From Squalus acanthias (Eukaryota), in NCBI GenBank assembly GCA_030390025.1, contig CM059432.1, positions 28,708,001 through 28,772,000 of the forward strand: a stretch of 64,000 nt of DNA, read 5' to 3'. Below the pieces are notes generated by a model. It worked only from the letters and a program-made list of their open reading frames with translations, was not told where the DNA came from and searched no databases. The position numbers were made by a program, and so were the translations under genes. Positions within the stretch are counted from its first letter, which is position 1. Each line of letters begins with the position of its first letter. Positions 51,545 to 64,000 of the stretch are shown piece by piece.

Positions 51545-54500
51545 ATTTTTTATTTATTCACAGGATGTGGGCGTCACTGGTAAGGCCAGCATTTATTGCC
51601 CATCCCTAATTGTCCTTGAGAAGGTGGTGGTGAGCTGCCTTCTTGAACCGCTGCAGTCCATGTGGTGAAGGTACTCCCACAGTGCTGTTAGGTAGGGAGT
51701 TCCAGGATTTTGACCCAGTGACGATGAAGGAACGGCGATATATTTCCAAGTCAGGATGGTGTGTGACTTGGAGGGGAACTTGGAGGTGGTGGTGTTCCCA
51801 TGCGCCTGCTGCCCTTGTGCTCGGTGGTAGAGGTCACGGGTTTGGGAGGTGCTGTCGAAGAAGCCTTGGCGAGTTGCTGCAGTGTACCTTGTAGATGGTA
51901 CATACTGCAGCCACGGTGCGCTGATGGTGGAGGGAGTGAATGTTTAAGGTGGTGGATGGGGTGCCAAATCAAGCAGGCTGCTTTGTTCTGGAAGGTATCA
52001 AGCTTCTTGAGTGTTGTTGGAGCTGCACTCATCCAGACAAGTTGCGAGTATTCCATTACATTCCTAACTTGTGCCTTATAGATGGTGGAAAGGCTTTGGG
52101 GAGTCAGGAGGTGAGTCACTCGCCACAGAATACCCAGCCTCTGACCTGCTGGTCATCAGTCATCGATCTGAAACGTTAACTCGGTTTCTCTCTCCACAGA
52201 TGCTCCCTGACCTACTGAATATGTCCATCATTTTATTTTTATCTCTGACTTGCTATTGTAGCCACAGTATTTATGTGGCTGGTCCAGTTTGTTCTGGGCA
52301 ATAGTTACCTCCAGGTTGTTGACAGTGGGGGATTTGACAAAGGTAATGCTGTTGAATGTCAAGGGGAGGTGGTTAGACTCACTCTTGTTGGAGATGGTCA
52401 TTGCCTGGCACTTGTGTGGCGTGAATGTTACTTGCCACTTACCAGCGTAAACGTGAATGATGTTCAGGTCTTGCTGTATGCTGACATGGACTGCTTCATT
52501 ATCTGAGGAGTTGCGATTGGAACTGAACACTGCTCAATCATCAGTAAACATCCCCACTTTTGACCTTATGACAGACGGAAGGTCATTGATGAAGCAACTG
52601 AAGATGGTTGGGCTTAGGATACTGTCCTGAGAAACAATGTCCTGGGGCTGAGATGATTGGTCTCCAACAACCATAACCATCTTCCATTGTGGAGAGTTTT
52701 CCCCGATTCCCATTGACTTCAATTTTACTAGGACTGCCTGATGCCACACTCGATTAAATCTGCTTTGATGTCAAAGACAGTCACTTTCACCTCACCTTTG
52801 GAATTCAGCTCTTTTGTCCATGTTTGGTCCAAGGCTGTAACTAAAGAAGTTAAGGATAGCATTAGATTGAAAGAAGCTTATAATGTTGCAAATAGTAAGT
52901 CTGAGGATTGGGAGTTTCAGAAACCAGCAAAGGTTGACCAAAAAATTGATTAAAAGGGAAAAAAATAGAATGAGAGAAACTAGCAAGAAATATAAAAGCA
53001 GATTGTAAGAGTTTCTACAAGTATGTAAAAAGGAAAAGAGTAGCAAAAGTAAACATTGGTCCCTCAGAGGCTGAGACAGGAGAAATTATTATGGGGAATA
53101 AGGAAATGGCAGAAACGTTAAACAAATATTTTTTATCTGTCTTCACAGTAGAAGACACAAACAAGCATGCCAAAAATGGCGGGGAACCAAGGGTCTAATG
53201 AGGGTGAGGAACTTAACGTAATTTATATAAGTAGAGAAAAAGTACGAGAGAAACTAATGGGACTAAAAGCCAACAAATCCCCAGGACCTGACGGCCTACA
53301 TCCTAGGGTTCTAAAAGAAGTGGCTGAAGAGATAGTGGAAGCATTGGTTTTGATCTTCCAAAATTCCCTAGATTCTGGAATGGTCTCAGCGGATTAGAAG
53401 GTCGCAAATGTAACACCGCTATTCAAGAAAGGAGGGAGAGAAAAAACAGGGAACTACAGGCCAGTTAGCCTGACATCAGTCATCGGGAAAATGCTGGAAT
53501 CCATTGTTAAGGAAGTGGTATCAAGTCACTTAGAAAATCATAACATGATTAGGCAGAGTCAACATAGTTTTATGAAAGGGAAATCGTGTTTGACAAATTT
53601 ATTAGAGTTTTTTGAGGATCTAACTAGCAGGGTAGATAAAGGGGAACCAGTGGATGTAGTATATTTGGATTTCCAAAAGGCATTCGATAAGGAGCAACAT
53701 AAAATGTTATTACACAAGATTAGGGCTCATGGGGTTGGGGGTAATATAGTAGCATGGATAGAGGATTGGTTAACTGACAGAAAACAGAGATTAGGGATAA
53801 ACGGATCTTTTTCAGGTTGGCAGGCTGTAACTAGTGGGGTGCCGCAAGGATCAGTGTTGGGGCCTCAGCTATTTACAATCTATATTAATGACCTAGATGA
53901 AGGGACCGAGTGTAATGTATCCAAGTTTGCTGATGATACAAAGCTAGGTGGGACAGTAAGCTGTGAGGAGAACACAAAGAGTCTGCAAAGGGATATAGAT
54001 AGACTAAGTATGTGGGCAGTAAGGTGGCAGATCGAGTATAATGTAGGGAAATGAGAGGTTATTCACTTTGGTAGGAATAGAAAAACAGAATATTTTTTAA
54101 ATGGTGAGAAACTTTAAAATGTTGGTGTTCAGAAATATTTGGGTGTCCTCGTACAAGAAACACAGAAAGCTAGCATGCAGGTACAGCAAACAATAAGGAA
54201 GGCAAATGGCAAGTTGGCCTTTATTGTAAGGGGAGAGTGTAAGAGTAAGGAAGTCTTGCTACAATTGTACAGGGCCTTGGTGAGACCACACCTGGAGTAC
54301 TGTGCACAATTTTGGTCTCCTTATCTAAGGAAGGATATACTTGCCTTGGAGGCGGTGCAACGAAGGTTCACTAGATTGATTCCTGGGATGAGGGCTGACC
54401 TATGAGGAGAGATTGTGTAGAATGGGCCTATACTCTCTGGAGTTTAAAAGAATGAGAGGTGATCTTATTGAAACATACAAAATTCTGAAGGGGATTGACA

Positions 54501-55170
54501 GGGTACATGCTGAGAGGTTGTTTCCCCTGGCTGGAGTGTCTAGAACTAGGGGGCATTGTCTCAGGATAAGGGACTGAGGTGAGGAGGAATTTCTTCACTC
54601 AGAGGGTTGTGAATCTTTGGAATTCTCTGTCCCAGAGGGCTGTGCATGCTGAGTCTTTGAGTATATTCAAAGCTTAGATAGATTTTTGGACTCGAGGGGA
54701 ATCAAGGGATATGGAGATCGGGCGGGAAAGTGGAGTTGAGGTCGATGATCAGGCATGATCTTATTGAATGGCGGAGCAGGCTCGAGGGGCCTACTCCTGC
54801 TCTTATTTCTTATGAGGTCTGGAGCCGAGTAGTCCTGGTGGAACCTGAACTGGGCAATAGTGAGCAGGTTATTGGTAAGATAGTACTGTCAATGACCCCT
54901 TCCATCACTTTGCTGATGATTGAGAATAGGCTGATGGGGCAGTAATTGCCAGATTGGATTTGACCTGCTTTTTGTGGACAGGACATACCTGGGCAATTTT
55001 CCACTTTGTCAGGTAGATGTCAGTGTTGTACTGGAACAGCTTGGCTAGAGGCACGGCTAGTTCTGGAGCACAAGTCTTTAGCACTGCAACCGGGATGTTG
55101 TTGGACCCATAACCTTTGCTGTATCCAGTGCGCTCAGCCGTTTCTTGATATCACATGGAGTGAATCGAAG
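51545..55170 (-). mobile_element. Second CR1-group LINE, split by a CR1 (52840-54812) and a Penelope-like relic (about 52155-52245)
   Basis: ORFs 51751..52119, 52228..52530, 52534..52749 and 54810..55004. Host sequence aaggctgtaa|tgaggtc rejoins across the CR1. Confidence 0.82.
52840..54812 (+). mobile_element. CR1 LINE fragment
   Basis: ORFs 53167..53397, 53491..54054 and 54139..54405, with 3-prime UTR and tail. Confidence 0.93.
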
Positions 55171-57468
55171 TACGTGGAGTATAAAACTGAGAAAGCTAGG
55201 AGTCTTAGCCATACGTCTTAGAACCTGCTCAACAAACCAGTACAGAACAGCCAATAAAATGTTGAACTATATAGCCAAAACAGTAGAATGCAATTCAGAA
55301 GAGGTAGTAAACAAACTTTATCGTACTCTGGTCAGACTGCACCTTGAGTACGACATCCAGTCCTGGTCACTGAGACACAAGAGATAGAGGCTATATCCTA
55401 ACATCAATCGGCTGAACTATGAGGAAAGACTGGAGGGATGGGCTTTTCAGACTGGGAAGCAGGGATCGGAGAGGTATAGACAATATTAATTGGAATAGAA
55501 ATGGCAAACCTGCAATTACTTTAAACTGTGAGAGTAGGACAAAGAGACACTGATTCAAGCTAGTCAGGTCAATTTAGGACCGTCTGAAAATTCTTCATAG
55601 AAGGCATATTCAAAATATGAAACAGACTTTATATATAGAGTAATGGAGGCAAAAACCCTGGAATCATTTAATAAACAAATGCAGGGGGTGGCAGAAGCAT
55701 AAGGTTGTTCTGAATGGATGAATTAAGATGGGTTGAATGGTCTTCCTCCTCTGTAATTATCATGTGATCTTGTAACTGGATTATTTTAAGTGTATTAGTG
55801 GAGAAAAGGTGAAAGCATTTTGTTGATGCAGATTAAGATATTTTGAATTCATATTTTCCTTGGCCTGCCCTTTTAAGACTGCTGGGGTGGCTGAATTGAG
55901 AAGAGTCAGAAGAGAAGGGCATTGGTTGATGTGGATGGGTAAATAGGAAACTACATTTCAATGTCCACAGACAGTTGTCTGTAATAGGCCCAGGGCCAGA
56001 AACCTGGCTTTGCCCTCCTCAGATAAACCTACCTCATTTCTGGTATTCTGGATTGATAGTTACCTATGGTGCTCACTTCCCTCTTCTTGAAGACTTGGTT
56101 GGTCATATCACGTCCAACACAATGCCACAGATAGCAACTCTCTCCTCTTTGCAAGTTGTTTCTTGGAGGCTTTGCTTATTTTGCACCTGTCATTTTGTTA
56201 ATTTTAAGCTGGTACATTTGGAAACCAAAGATCACACGACTAGATTATAGTTTAGCAAAACTCAATTCAAATAAGTGACATTGAAATTTGCAATTGAGAG
56301 TAGACTGTTAAGTTTGTCTGTAAATTAAACAAACATTCTCTTTGTTTATGTGGTGTTTGTTCGGTCTATGGAGGCAGGAGAGGTGGGATCAAGATTTGGT
56401 GTTCTGTTGCTTGGTGATTTCCTTTATGTAGGCCTGCTATTTTCAGCTTTCTGTTCTGGTTCTTCAGATTTATTTGTTGGGGAGGGAGAATATACATCGC
56501 AGAAAATCTTATGCCAGTTACTAGTTCTGTTGTGAGAAGAGGATTTCAGAGCATTGTCTATTGCTTTCTGGTTGTTCCTTAAACTTCTCATTTTTTCAGG
56601 TCCAGCATATGGAAAGATAGAGGCCATTAAAAAAATCATTTCCCCCAGGATAATTTCAAAGATTGTTTCTGTTTGCCTTCGGTGGCCTTAATCACATAAC
56701 ATTAAACTCACACCTATGGGTACAATCTTTTTAGAATGTTTTGACTGTGCACCGTGTTTAATATACAATTAATAGATTTCCCACCCCGCCTTTGCTTTCT
56801 TAGGTCTAGGACATAGGAATTACCTGACCCTGAACCCAGATTAGCACCAATCTACAAACACAATGGGTAGATGCTCTAATTTTCCAACCCGCTGTTTCAT
56901 AGTACTTGGTTTCCATTCAACTGTTTTGTAATGCTTATAATAATCATTTGTTTTTGCTCTATGCTATTGTCAATGGCTTGAGCTACACTGAGATACTGCA
57001 TTCTGCTTTGTTGTGTGTGATATTCACCTGCAATTGCAGTGCAGTGTTTGTGCACTTATAAAGGTAACATCCCAAGAACTTTGAGGTGATTGAGAGATGT
57101 ATTAAGGTGCTATATAAATGCAAGTTTATTTTTTTCTTTCGAAGCACCTCATGGCTTCCCAACGTGCGCTTACAGACATGCTGCAATACAGCACTACTAA
57201 GCCAAAACGTTTACTTTCATTAAGCTTTACATATTTCAATAACTTTAATCTCAATTCTTTCCAATGAACATTTCCTACCAACTGTGCAACAAAGCAAATT
57301 TATCAAAAAATGATTTATATTATAAATTTGTAAATAATACAAACCTATTGAAAGAAACACAGATTCAGTGAACAGTGTTCAAGTGCAAATCTTTATAATG
57401 TAACATCTTTTTTTGACTCCCTGAGGTATTGTGTAATTGCTTCTCGAGGTGAACATTTGCGTTTTGTT

Positions 57469-57571
57469 TTAGAATTCAAAGTCCTCGTCGGTCATATCGA
57501 TAGCCCAGGCAAATTTCTCTCTCTGCGTCTTGTTGTAGATCTTCTCAATGGGAACGTTCCACTTCTTGCAC
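57469..57571 (-). CDS. TOP1: TOP1/TOP1-like terminal coding exon, (W)[37 protein letters not shown]
   Basis: AG acceptor at 57572-57573 and TAA stop at 57469-57471. Canonical TOP1 C-terminus. Confidence 0.96.
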
Positions 57572-58225
57572 CTTCAACAAAGAACGGAGATAATTAGGTA
57601 AACATATAGTTCATATTTAGGCTGCTAGTAATTTTACTGTAATTTCATAAATATGCAAGATTATACAAAAAGTTAATACAAATGACAAGAGTTGACATCT
57701 TTTACCAAATCCAAAACCAGGCAAGATGAAAAATAGTCAAAGGGTAGGATCAGGGCCTGAGTTCTGATGTTTGGGGGGGGGGGGGGGGGGATGAGGGAGA
57801 AAGAGAAATATCTCAAAAAGACTTGTTAGAAATATAAAAAACAATGAATGCTAATTTGAAATAAACACAGAAATTGCTGGTCAGTCAGTATCTGAAAAAG
57901 AGGAGAGACAAGTTAAAGTTTTGAGAGGAGAAACTTTGTCAGAACAGAATCGGAATCTGGTCTCTAGTTTATGCTTTAGAATAGTTCCAGACGCCTCACT
58001 CAAAAACTGAATTTGGCGAGTGGGGGTGCAACAACATTAAAATATCTAAACACTGCCTCTACTGCCAACTGCTTGGCTTGTAACTGCCATACCCAACCAA
58101 CATTGTTTTTCGTAGTTTAGATTATTCAGGACATCAAATTATATCAATCCCATGGCCTCATTGCAGCAGCTGAGGTAGTGTTGTGGTAGCGTTGTATGCC
58201 AAAAACTTTGTACAGTTTCACTGAC

Positions 58226-58375
58226 CAAGCCACAGTGATCCTAGGATCAAGGTAGTTCAGTTTGGACGTGCCCAACGCAATCTGCTTGTTCTCCTCTCGG
58301 TCTGTTGCTTGAACCTCCAGCTTCATCAGTTGTTCCTCTAACCTCTGTAACTGCTTCTTCTTCTTCTCCACCACC
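58226..58375 (-). CDS. TOP1: TOP1/TOP1-like exon with active-site Tyr, 150 bp, [49 protein letters not shown](W)
   Basis: CAG acceptor and GTCAGT donor. [11 protein letters not shown] is the topoisomerase IB active-site signature; Tyr codon at 58252-58254. Confidence 0.97.
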
Positions 58376-58721
58376 CTGCACAAAGAAACTTCATGTCAGT
58401 CCCTTTGGAACAAGATCATTTAAAAAGTCATCTTCATTTCTAGTCTCCTTGCTCCAACAGGGCAAGCAGGTCATTTCACAATTCTTTGGGAAGCGATAAA
58501 AAGTCAAGACGACTCACTTCTAGGCCAAGATTTCATCACGGCTCTCTTCACCCCCACCTCCCCCATCCCAAACAATTTACTTGCCAACTTATGCTGGGAT
58601 ACACTTCCACAGCTCCTCTGGCTGCTCCTTGCTCACATGGCCATTATCAACATGTGGTTATTGACTGAATGTTGACAGAGCATTTGATGAAAGGGTACAA
58701 TCACAGCTGTGTCTGGTTCTC

Positions 58722-59080
58722 ACTAGACATCTTTCAAGAGTTGATAAGGTAGATAGAGATAGAAACTATTTCCTCTGGTGGGGAATCCAGAACAAGAGGG
58801 CATAACCTGTAAAATTTGAGCTAGGCCGTTCAGGGGTGATGCAAGGAAACACTCCTTCACACAAAGGGTAATGGAAATCTGGAACTCTCTCCTCCAAAAA
58901 GCTGTTGAGGCTAGGCAAATTGAAAATTCCAAAACCAAGATTGATGGATTTTTGTTAGGGAAGGATATTAAGGATTATGGAACCAAGGCGGGTGGATGGT
59001 GTTAAAATACAGATCAGCCATGATCTAAGTGAATGGTGGAACAGGCTCGAGGGAGCTGAATGGCCTCCTCCTGCTCCTAG
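58722..59080 (+). mobile_element. CR1 3-prime fragment in a TOP1 intron
   Basis: End of ORF2 and 3-prime UTR (cagatcagccatgatc...aatggcctcctcctgctcct). Confidence 0.82.
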
Positions 59081-59318
59081 CCTACCAGTGCTGGGCTCAG
59101 CTCTGTATAGCACCATTTTGCCAATTGATCAAACTAGGAGAGTAATGCTTCTTTTTAAAACAGAGAATGTGAATATTGTAAAAGTAGACAATTATTTCCT
59201 CCCAGTTAAACTACAAAAATTGAGATTAAAAAACATTTTATTCTTTCCTATTGAAGTCCCTTGCTTCAACAGGAGGCTGTTTAATGAGTCGGTGTGGTCC
59301 TGCTCAGGAAATACTTAC

Positions 59319-59413
59319 TGTTTTGATCTTTCATCTTTTTTCACTTTGTAATCCACCTTGGCATTTTTCAGATCTTTCTTTGCCATATTAAGTTGTTCTT
59401 TTTTTGCTTCAAT
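59319..59413 (-). CDS. TOP1: TOP1/TOP1-like linker-domain exon, 95 bp, IEAKKEQLNMAKKDLKNAKVDYKVKKDERSK(Q)
   Basis: CAG acceptor and GTAAGT donor. Lys-rich coiled-coil linker, phase-compatible (0 to 2). Confidence 0.92.
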
Positions 59414-60942
59414 CTGCCAATAGAAAAATATGAACTCTGAATCACAGCCTGTTTGTTACTGCCACGTTTACAGATTACCAGCCCAAGAATTCTCAGTCAG
59501 AAAGGGATCTCACAGGTAGCCTCCCTTTCCTCTTCCTAAGCATGGCTGGCCCTTCAGTCACTCACCCAACTGGACATTTCTCAAGTGTGAACCTAGACAA
59601 AGTGCCTCAGTCAAATCCTCACTGGATTTCAACAGCTGCAGGATTCAGAGTAGCAGTAGGAGCCGGATCCTAGCTGATTAAATTGCCCACTCGAAGTGGC
59701 ACGGAGGTAGACTATAGCATTCCACTGCTATGCCAACAATGGCGATCAAAGCTGGAATTGGACTCTACTGCATTTCCACATCAGGTGGAGCTGAACCTCC
59801 TCTAGCTTAAAAAAAAAAATTCTGTATCAAACAATGTTCCCGCTATTTATTTTTTTTTTTAACGTAAATTGTTACGATCTGGAATGCACTGCCTGAAAGA
59901 GTGGTGGAAGCAGATTCAATAGTAACATTCAAAAGGAAATTGGATATGTAAATCAAAAAGTAAAACTTTGAAGGGCTATGGGGCAAGAAGCAGGGGAGTG
60001 GGACTAATTAGACAGCTCTTTCAAAGAGCCGGCATTAGGCATGATGGGTCAAGTGGCCTCCTTCTGTGCTGTAAGATTCTATTTTTTATTTTTACAGACA
60101 CAACCCATTCCCTCTTACTGATGGCATTGTTGAGCACTGTGGAAGTAATGGTTGTCAAGTGTAGCCACCTGCAGGTTTTTACTGGTATTGGAGCCCCCTA
60201 GGCTGCAATCCTGAGCAGGGCTGTTTTAAAAGGTTACTCTCTCATCTACCACTAGAAACATACGTGCGCTCAATTTTTTACTTTAAAAAAAAATGCATTC
60301 TTCACAAATTTTTCAACATATTTCTTTCTCTCTCACACTCCACAGCTGGTAACCTCTAAAATCATGCCAAACAAATGGAGCAACAAGTCTGCTGAGAATA
60401 ACAGGTGCTGGGAGATAAGTCATAAGTGGCTCCAGGCTGTAGCATCAGTACCTCAGAAAGTGATTCAAAAGTACCATCGTGCGCGATTTAAGGTGTGACC
60501 TAATTGAAGTTTTCAAAATTATGAAGAGAATTGGTAAAAGTAATCCAGGCAAATTGTTCACTATGGTAAAGACTTTGAATACAAGTTAAAAATTAGAAAG
60601 TTCGGAACATGTAGGGAGGTCCAGTGGAATGTTTCCAGCCAAGGTGTAATGGCATTGTGGGACTAGTTATCCAAGAAAGGCCTTTAAGCCAGATGGTATA
60701 AATGGGTTTGCAGCACAATCTGAAATGTTTCTAGAGGAAGGATTGAGAGATGCGGTGAGAAGTTGGATAGAAAGGGCTGAGAATCCATTAAAAAGGATGG
60801 GTTTGCTTGCACTGAATGTCTGTTCCCGTTCTTATTAGAATATGTAAGAAACACAATATTCACTTTGTGCTAGTTCAATGAATGAGTATTGTTGTGTTTA
60901 TTGCAGTGTGCATTTTCTGCTCTGGTTGTCAAGACATTCTAC

Positions 60943-61070
60943 CTTGGTCTGAATGGTTTTCATGGATTTCTCAAAGGTTTTCGGGGGCGCCCTCTGGTGG
61001 TTGCAGAGAATGGCCACTGCTCTGTTGGCTCGGTTGTAGGCCAGGATTTTTTCTGCGATACTTTCTTCGG
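60943..61070 (-). CDS. TOP1: TOP1/TOP1-like exon, 128 bp, (P)[42 protein letters not shown]
   Basis: CAG acceptor and GTAGAA donor. Contains ILCNHQR with the catalytic His (H632 equivalent). Overlaps ORF 60898..61110. Confidence 0.95.
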
Positions 61071-61214
61071 CTGTAAAGAAAAAAAACAAGCAAACCATGT
61101 CCTTGATCAAATAATTGAATTATAGTAAAAGCTGCTTATTTAATTGTTTCAGGTGGGTAAGGTTTTAGAAAAGGCAAGAATCCTGTGGCATCAACTTTTT
61201 GTTAAGGATCACAA

Positions 61215-62420
61215 ATCGTAGGAACATTAGGTCATTCATCCACTTAAGCCGGTTTTACAATTCAATTAGATCATGGCTGACCTGTACCTTAACTCTATTT
61301 ACCCACCTTTGCTCCATATCCCTCGATCCCCTTACCCAACAAAAATCTATCGATCTCAGTCCTGAAAGCTCCAATTGACCAATCATTCACAGCCTTTTTA
61401 GGGAGAGATCTCCAGATTTGCACTACCTTTTGTGTGACCAAGTGTTTCCGGATTTCACTCTGCTTTTCTATTTTTCCTACCAAAGTGGATAACTTCACAT
61501 TTCTCCACATAATATTCCATTTGCCATGTTCTTGCCCACTCACTTAGCCTGTCTATCTCCCCTTGAAGCCTCCTTGCATTCTCCTCACAACTTACATTCC
61601 CACCTAGCTTTGTATCATCAGCAAACTTGGATATATTACATTTGGTCCCCTCATTCAAATCATTGATCTAGGTTATAAATAGCTGAGTTCCAAGCACTGA
61701 TCCTTGCGGTACCCCACTAGTTACAGCCTGTCAACCCGAAAATGACCCATTTATTCCTACTCTCTGTTTTCTGTCGGTTAACCAATCATTAATCCATGCT
61801 AGTATATAACCCCCAATCCCATGAGCCCTAATTTTGTTTAATAACCTCTTGTGTGGCACCTTATCGAATTCCTTCTGAGGATCCAAATACACCACATCCA
61901 CTAGTTCTCCCTTAACTATTCTGTTAGTTACAACTTCAAAAAACTCCAATAGATTTGTCATAAATCCTTGTTGACTCTGCCCAATCCGATTATTATTTTC
62001 TAAGTGCCCTGTTATCATGTTCTTAATAGATTCTAGCATTTTCCTACTACTGATGTCAGGCTAACTGGTCTGTAGTTCCCCGTTTTCTCTCTCCCTCCTT
62101 TCTTAAATAGTGGGGTTACATTTGCTACCTTCCAATCCGCGGGAACCGTTCTAGAATCTATGGAATTTTGGAAGATGACAACCAATGCATCCACTATCTC
62201 TATAGCCATCTCTTTTAAAACCCTAGGATGTAGGCCATCAGGTCCAGGGGATTTATCGGCTTTCAGTCCCATTAATTTCTCCAGTACTACTTTTTTACTA
62301 ATACTAATTCTTTCAGTTCCTCATTCGGACTAGACCCTTGGTTCTCCACTATTTACGGAATGTTTTTTGCGTCTTCTTCTGTGAAGACAGACACAAAGTA
62401 TTTGTTTAATTTCTCTGCCA
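61215..62420 (-). mobile_element. CR1 fragment with internal deletion in a TOP1 intron
   Basis: ORFs 61295..61543, 61455..61658, 61731..62039 and 62033..62272. Confidence 0.92.
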
Positions 62421-62693
62421 TATAAAGTGCAGAGAGAGAGGTTGATGTTTTCGGTGCAGTTAAAGCCTAAAGCAAGACGATATTCTGTTGCTTATCGGAG
62501 TCACAAGGAAGATTCTGTAGCTAAAGCATAATCTAAAGTTAGGTTTTTTGTACCGTATCCCATTTCTGATGAAGGGTCGGTCGTACCTGAACCGTTAACC
62601 CATCTTATTCAGATGCATTGCCTCCATTTTCTATTCTTATTCAGATTCAATTTTATGCCAACAAAAGGATTCAATGACAGGATAATCACTTAC

Positions 62694-62808
62694 GGTCAGT
62701 CAATTCTACCAACTGTTCTTGCAGTGTGATGGAGGCATTGTACGTTCGGAACACTTTGGCAGTGAGCCCCTCCATCAACTCCTGAAGGTGCTTGTTCAGA
62801 TCAGAGGT
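62694..62808 (-). CDS. TOP1: TOP1/TOP1-like exon, 115 bp, [38 protein letters not shown](P)
   Basis: TAG acceptor and GTAAGT donor. Contains [10 protein letters not shown] with the catalytic Arg (human R590 equivalent). In phase with flanking exons. Not in the ORF track; translated by hand. Confidence 0.95.
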
Positions 62809-63005
62809 CTAAAGATAGAAAATAAAACTCATTAGTTCTTTTTCTTAGCTCCAGAAAGATGTTTTGTTTAGTCTATGGTTGGTGGTAGTAAGCTGATCTA
62901 AACAGATTCCTTTCAGCATTAATTCGTACAGGTATACATGAGGGTAGAAAAAACTGAGCATTAGATAAATGTACATTAGTGAGATTCACAAAAAACAAAA
63001 CATAC

Positions 63006-63074
63006 GTTCAATCTGTCAAACAGGTCATCTGCAGGATCCTTATTCTCCATGAATAATTTTAGATTCTTGAACAC
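63006..63074 (-). CDS. TOP1: DNA topoisomerase IB (TOP1/TOP1-like) internal exon, 69 bp, VFKNLKLFMENKDPADDLFDRLN
   Basis: AG acceptor (CT at 63075-63076 on +) and GTATG donor (AC at 63004-63005). Peptide matches the TOP1 core domain. Upstream exons lie beyond the window. Confidence 0.93.
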
Positions 63075-63144
63075 CTGGGAGAAAGAAATACAAGTAACAT
63101 CACTAAGGAATTGTATATGCTGCACAAATACAGGCATAAGAAAG

Positions 63145-63521
63145 AAACAAAGAACTTGCAATTATATAGCTCCTTTCACGACCACAGGATGTCCCAAAGC
63201 ACTTTATAGCCAATTAAGAACTTTTGAAGTACAGTCACTGTTGTAATGTAGGAAATGCAGGCGTCAAATTGCGCACAGGAAGGTCCTGCAAACAGCAATG
63301 AGATATATAAGCAAATTTTTTTTTGTTGATATTGGTTGAGGGATAAATATTGGCCAGGACACCGGGGAGAACTCCCTTGCTCTTCTTCGAATAATCCCGT
63401 AGGATCTCTTATGTCCACCCAAGAGAGCAGACGGGTTCTTGGTTTAACATTTCATCGGAAAGACAACACCTCTGACAGTGTAGCACTCCCCCAGTACTGC
63501 AGTGAAGTGTCAGCCTGGATT
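63145..63521 (-). mobile_element. DeuSINE in a TOP1 intron, interrupted by CR1
   Basis: Reverse complement of the Deu core and tail. Confidence 0.85.
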
Positions 63522-64000
63522 ATAAGAACATAAGAAATAGGAGCAGGAGTAGGCCATTCGGCCCCTCGAGCCTGCTTCGCTCTTCAATAAGATCATGGCT
63601 GATCTTATATCTCAACTCCACTTTCCTGCACAATCCCCATATCCCTTGATTCCCTTAATATTCAAAAATCTATCGATCTCTGTCTTGAATATACTCAACG
63701 ACTGAGCCTCCACAGCCCTCTGGGGTAGAGAATTCCAAAGATTCACCACCCTCTGAGTGAAGAAATTTCTCCTCATCAGTCCTAAATGGCCGACCCCTTA
63801 TTCTGAGACTGTGACCCTTAGTTCTAGACTCCCCAGCCAGGGGAAACATCCTCCCTGCATCTACCCTGTCAAGCCCTGTAAGAATTTTGTATGTTTCAAT
63901 GAGATCACCTCTCATTCTTCTAAACTCCAGAGAATATAGGCCAAGTCTACTCAATCTCTCCTCATGGGACAATCCCCCCATCCCAAGAACCAGTCTGGTG
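63522..64000 (-). mobile_element. CR1 3-prime end, continues past the window edge
   Basis: ORF 63670..63981 and (TAAGAACA)n tail. Confidence 0.93.

Noticed and set aside
56424..56639. 71-aa ORF downstream of the TOP1 stop as an extra exon or gene
   Set aside because: It has no recognisable homology and is likely 3-prime UTR or intergenic. I could not assign the TOP1 poly(A) site with confidence.
58252..58257. Camptothecin-resistance-type change next to the catalytic Tyr
   Set aside because: The Asn-Tyr pair (N722/Y723 equivalents) is canonical; other relevant sites lie outside the window.

Overview
Repeat-rich eukaryotic genomic DNA from a vertebrate, most likely a cartilaginous fish: it carries V-SINE/HE1-like and DeuSINE/SacSINE1-like SINEs and HER1-like CR1 LINEs. 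Two host genes lie tail-to-head on the minus strand. The first is a type IB DNA topoisomerase (TOP1 or TOP1-like), of which the last six coding exons are present (57469-63074, all GT-AG and in frame, including the catalytic Tyr). The second is a phospholipase C-gamma-1-like gene, of which only the first coding exon is present (46016-46235). I found no further PLCG exon, so 1-46015 is probably its first intron. The rest is nested mobile DNA: CR1, L2 and a second CR1-group LINE, several SINE families including LF-SINE-like copies, at least eight PIF/Harbinger-type non-autonomous TIR elements with 3-bp TSDs, a solo LTR, Penelope-like inverted-repeat relics with decayed hammerhead-ribozyme cores, and several minisatellites. 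The best leads are: (i) the TOP1/PLCG1 pair may be a retained ohnolog pair rather than the orthologs; (ii) the Harbinger-type elements show apparent target-site rules and carry structurally conserved, covarying hairpins; (iii) the hammerhead relics. Repeat boundaries other than TSD-defined ones are approximate, and family names come from recognition, not from a database search.
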